DNA of 64,000 nucleotides, from NCBI GenBank assembly GCA_965207735.1, contig OZ242296.1, positions 5,184,001-5,248,000 on the forward strand, given 5' to 3'. This stretch comes from Candidatus Versatilivorator sp. (lineage in GTDB: Bacteria > Acidobacteriota > Terriglobia > Versatilivoradales > Versatilivoraceae). Position 1 is the first letter of the stretch; every line of letters begins with the position of its first letter. Shown piece after piece: positions 61,395-64,000 of this stretch. The notes beneath the pieces are model-generated. The model saw nothing but the letters and a program-made list of their open reading frames with translations, did no database searches and was not told the DNA's origin. The translations under genes were made by a program, and so were the position numbers.

Positions 61395-62009
61395 AAGTCC
61401 GGCCCCCGCCCTGCCGTGCGGATCATACGAGAGTGAAACAACGAATCTTCACAGCCGGTCGGGAACAAGGACCCTGTTCGGTTAGCATGGATTTCTACCT
61501 ATTGAACATCGATGCACAGGATTAACAGGATTAACAGGACGAGAGCTTCCTGCACCAGAAGCCAACTCGGGCGATGATCCGGTGCGGCTTTGCGGATTCC
61601 CGGCATTAGAAGCTGGCCGTTTCCTGAAGAATCCTGTGAATCCTGTGCATCGATGTTAATCATCCCTGTAAATCACGATGGGATCGGAAGCGCCCCCCAC
61701 TGGCTCCGCCGCGGTCCTTGTTGCTTCTTCGCGGACAAATCCTCTTTGTCCCTTGTGTCCTTCGTTGACCCCTTGCCGACCTTCGCCCCATCCCTCTTGA
61801 GCCTTCTCCAGCGCCTTGGTGGCCCTTCGTCGTTCTTCGTGCCCCTTCGTGGATAACTCTTTTTCTTTTGTCGTTTTGTCGTTTGTCGGTTGTTTCAGGC
61901 AAGCCGGGCCCCCGCCCTGCTGTGCGGATCATACGAAAGTGAAACAATCAGAAATCGATCAACCTTTCGCGACCTTGGCACCCCGTCGCGGTCAACCTCA
62001 GCGCCTTAG
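61395..62009 (+). repeat. Repeat family B: expanded unit (61395-61900) plus a unit truncated by the IS (61901-62009)
   Basis: Left module 61395-61441, right module 61809-61900; the next unit breaks at ...CAGCGCCTTAG exactly where the IS TIR begins. Confidence 0.85.
61505..61657. repeat. 153-bp element with 19-bp perfect terminal inverted repeats
   Basis: AACATCGATGCACAGGATT / AATCCTGTGCATCGATGTT with ACAGGATTA 9-mer iterations. Confidence 0.8.
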
Positions 62010-62022
62010 CCCGCATTTCTCA

Positions 62023-62891
62023 GTGCGCCATGGAAAGGCGCCTTCTTCCAACGGGTGCGAAACCCGTCCAACAACTGTCGCTCCGGTTGGTAGCAGCCAG
62101 GGCGGATCATGGAGGTAACGATATGGTCTGAAGCCCTCTGGTGTCAAAGGGCCGCTTAAGGCGGTTCAGCGAGCATGCGGGCCGGAACGCGAGTGAACGT
62201 CGAGCAGGCCTCGAAACGGGCAATGCGGGGGCCGACCCACCTGAGAAATGGGGAAGGCCGAAGACGGAGGGGGAAGCGAGCGACGCGGGCACCCCTTTGG
62301 ACCCGCCGGGGTAGTGGCGCTGGCACGCATGGAAGGGGAAGAAGGCAGCAACATGGGAAGCCCTGTGGGTGGTGAGGCACGCACCGAACCGGAAGCTCGC
62401 GAGAGTCAGTCTAGGCCGACAGGGTGGCGGAGAGGCCTGTAGTACCGGAGAAGCCGGGTAATACCGGTGGAGGGAAGGGGCCTCAGGTGAGGAGCGGTGA
62501 CCGAAGGGGGAAGGGTCCCGGGAGTGGCGAAAGCCTGAAACCCCGACCAAAAAAGGGCCGGAGACTCCGGAAGCATCACATGCAAAAGTGAAAGGGTCGT
62601 CGGAGGAGGACGGCGTCGTCAGGGCATCAACAGGCCTGGCGGCAACCCGGGAGCGGAAGTGGATGGAGTGGGGGACGGGTGCCAATCCCATAGGAGTCGT
62701 CCACGGATGCGAGCGGGGACCTGTGTGCGAGACGCATGATCCCACTGGAGAGCCGAGATGCGGGAAAACCGCACGTCCGGTTCGGAGAGCGGGGACTGGA
62801 AACGTGATAAGGGAGCCGGACTGAGGCCCGAAGCGAAAGCGACGGAATAGCCACCGGACCCTATAGTCAACGCGCCAGTCCTCGACTCTAC
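62023..62891 (+). ncRNA. ORF-less group II intron, copy 2
   Basis: Identical by eye to 29353-30221 (offset 32670; ORF-track translations identical). Confidence 0.95.
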
Positions 62892-63113
62892 CCAGAGTTC
62901 GCACAGGAGCGGTAAAAGGGGCCATGGAGGCATTTGAGGCCGAGTTTAACAACGTTGGTGGCTGGATCGGTAGGCAAAGGCCAACAGCGGAGGCTTCTGA
63001 GGCTCTCCGAGGAACCTCAGGCGGCATTTTCCCTCGAAAACAGCGACACCTCTGCCATCGGGCCTGGTGGCCGCGTCTTCAAGGGCCAGGAGTGACGGTC
63101 GGGTCAGGGCACC

Positions 63114-63998
63114 TCAGGGCGGCAGGTGAGCCCAAGCGATGCGGAACTCCCTCTGGTAAGGACATCCGGAAGCCATGGCGACCTTGATGCGACGGACCGA
63201 GATGGTGACCTGAGCGCCGATCTTGAGCAGTTTGAGTCTGATGGAACCGACGGTGGCCCGGGCCAGGCAGGTGGATTGCAGCGCCCGCCGGCGCAAGCCC
63301 TCCACCAGCACATAGGCGAAAGAGGTCATCAGGAGCCGGAGCTGATTCGCCCGGAAGGAGTGGGTGGAGGTGCGATCGGCAAACAGGTCGAGTTGCTGCT
63401 CCTTGATGCGGTTTTCCATCTCACCGCGGGCACAGTAGATCTTCTCATAGAGGAACTGGGCGGGGTAGTCCTGGACCGACAGAGAGGTGACGACGAAGCG
63501 GGGGTTGGGGCCGCGGGGCAGGACCTCGGCTTTGGCGACCAGGCGGCGCTCGTGGGACCAGCTCTTGTGAGTGCGGTAGGAGAGGTCGGTGAAGATCCGG
63601 GCGGGCTGCTGTTGCTGGTCTGAGAGGGCCTGGGCCTGAGCCAACTCGGGGGCGATGGCGTCTTGGAGGCGGGAGTTGCGGGCCAGGCCGAAGAGATAGT
63701 CGACCTGATGCTGCTCACACCACCCCATCAGCTCCTCACGGGCAAAGCCGGAGTCGGCCCGCAGCAGGATCTTGACCTGAGGCCAGACACGCCGTAGGCG
63801 GGAGACGATGCGCTGGACCTGCTCCAGAGCGCCGGCGGAGGCATCGATGTTGGCGGGTCTGAGCAGGGCCGAGAGCAGATGGCGGCCCGAGAAGATGTAG
63901 AGGGGCAGGTAGCAGTAGCCTCGGTAGTAGCCGTGGAAGAAGCGGTCCTCTTGTTCCCCGTGGAGGGGATCGTCAGTGGCGTCGAGGTCGAGGATGAT
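63114..63998 (-). CDS. IS1380-family DDE transposase (5' part outside window)
   Basis: Frame open to window end: IILDLDATDDPLHGEQE, FFHGYY..YCYLPLY, LRADSGF, YCARGEMENRIKEQQLDLFADRTS, IRLKLLKIGA. Confidence 0.92.
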   Translation of the reverse strand: MILDLDATDDPLHGEQEDRFFHGYYRGYCYLPLYIFSGRHLLSALLRPANIDASAGALEQVQRIVSRLRRVWPQVKILLRADSGFAREELMGWCEQHQVDYLFGLARNSRLQDAIAPELAQAQALSDQQQQPARIFTDLSYRTHKSWSHERRLVAKAEVLPRGPNPRFVVTSLSVQDYPAQFLYEKIYCARGEMENRIKEQQLDLFADRTSTHSFRANQLRLLMTSFAYVLVEGLRRRALQSTCLARATVGSIRLKLLKIGAQVTISVRRIKVAMASGCPYQREFRIAWAHLPP

Positions 63999-64000
63999 CT

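Larger units (their letters stand above)
62010..64000 (-). mobile_element. IS1380-family insertion sequence (runs off window); downstream TIR split by group II intron
   Basis: TIR CCCGCATTTCTCA(62010-62022)^CCAG(62892-62895); transposase on the minus strand. Confidence 0.88.

Overview
GC-rich bacterial chromosome segment, probably Acidobacteriota (inferred from three paralogous secreted VWA proteins, a Gly/Pro-rich TonB, Pal with an Ig-like insert, bshA/bshB1). The backbone is mostly housekeeping: rph-rdgB-tRNA-Pro, xth-tkt, tolQRA-tolB-pal-cpoB-ssb, recN-miaB, a hemD-hemE fusion, tRNA-Gly, nnr-tsaE-bshB1-bshA, ligA, phoH-ybeY-corC-era-queE, ileS-lspA-lgt-rluA, hbd-recA, and aquaporin-arsC. 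The striking content is a layered set of mobile elements. An 869-nt ORF-less group II intron occurs twice (29353-30221, 62023-62891; identical by eye), both times inserted 13 bp inside the terminal inverted repeat CCCGCATTTCTCA^CCAG. That TIR is shared by an IS1380-family element (62010->64000) and a 243-bp MITE, whose intron-free allele is at 1126-1368. The intron's EBS1 loop (TGAGAA) is complementary to this TIR. The IS itself sits in a copy of a dispersed/tandem ~183-bp repeat (family B) whose TGAAACA...TGTTTCA arms enclose anything from 4 nt to, apparently, a 3.4-kb island. All calls were made by eye; no database searches or folding computations were run.
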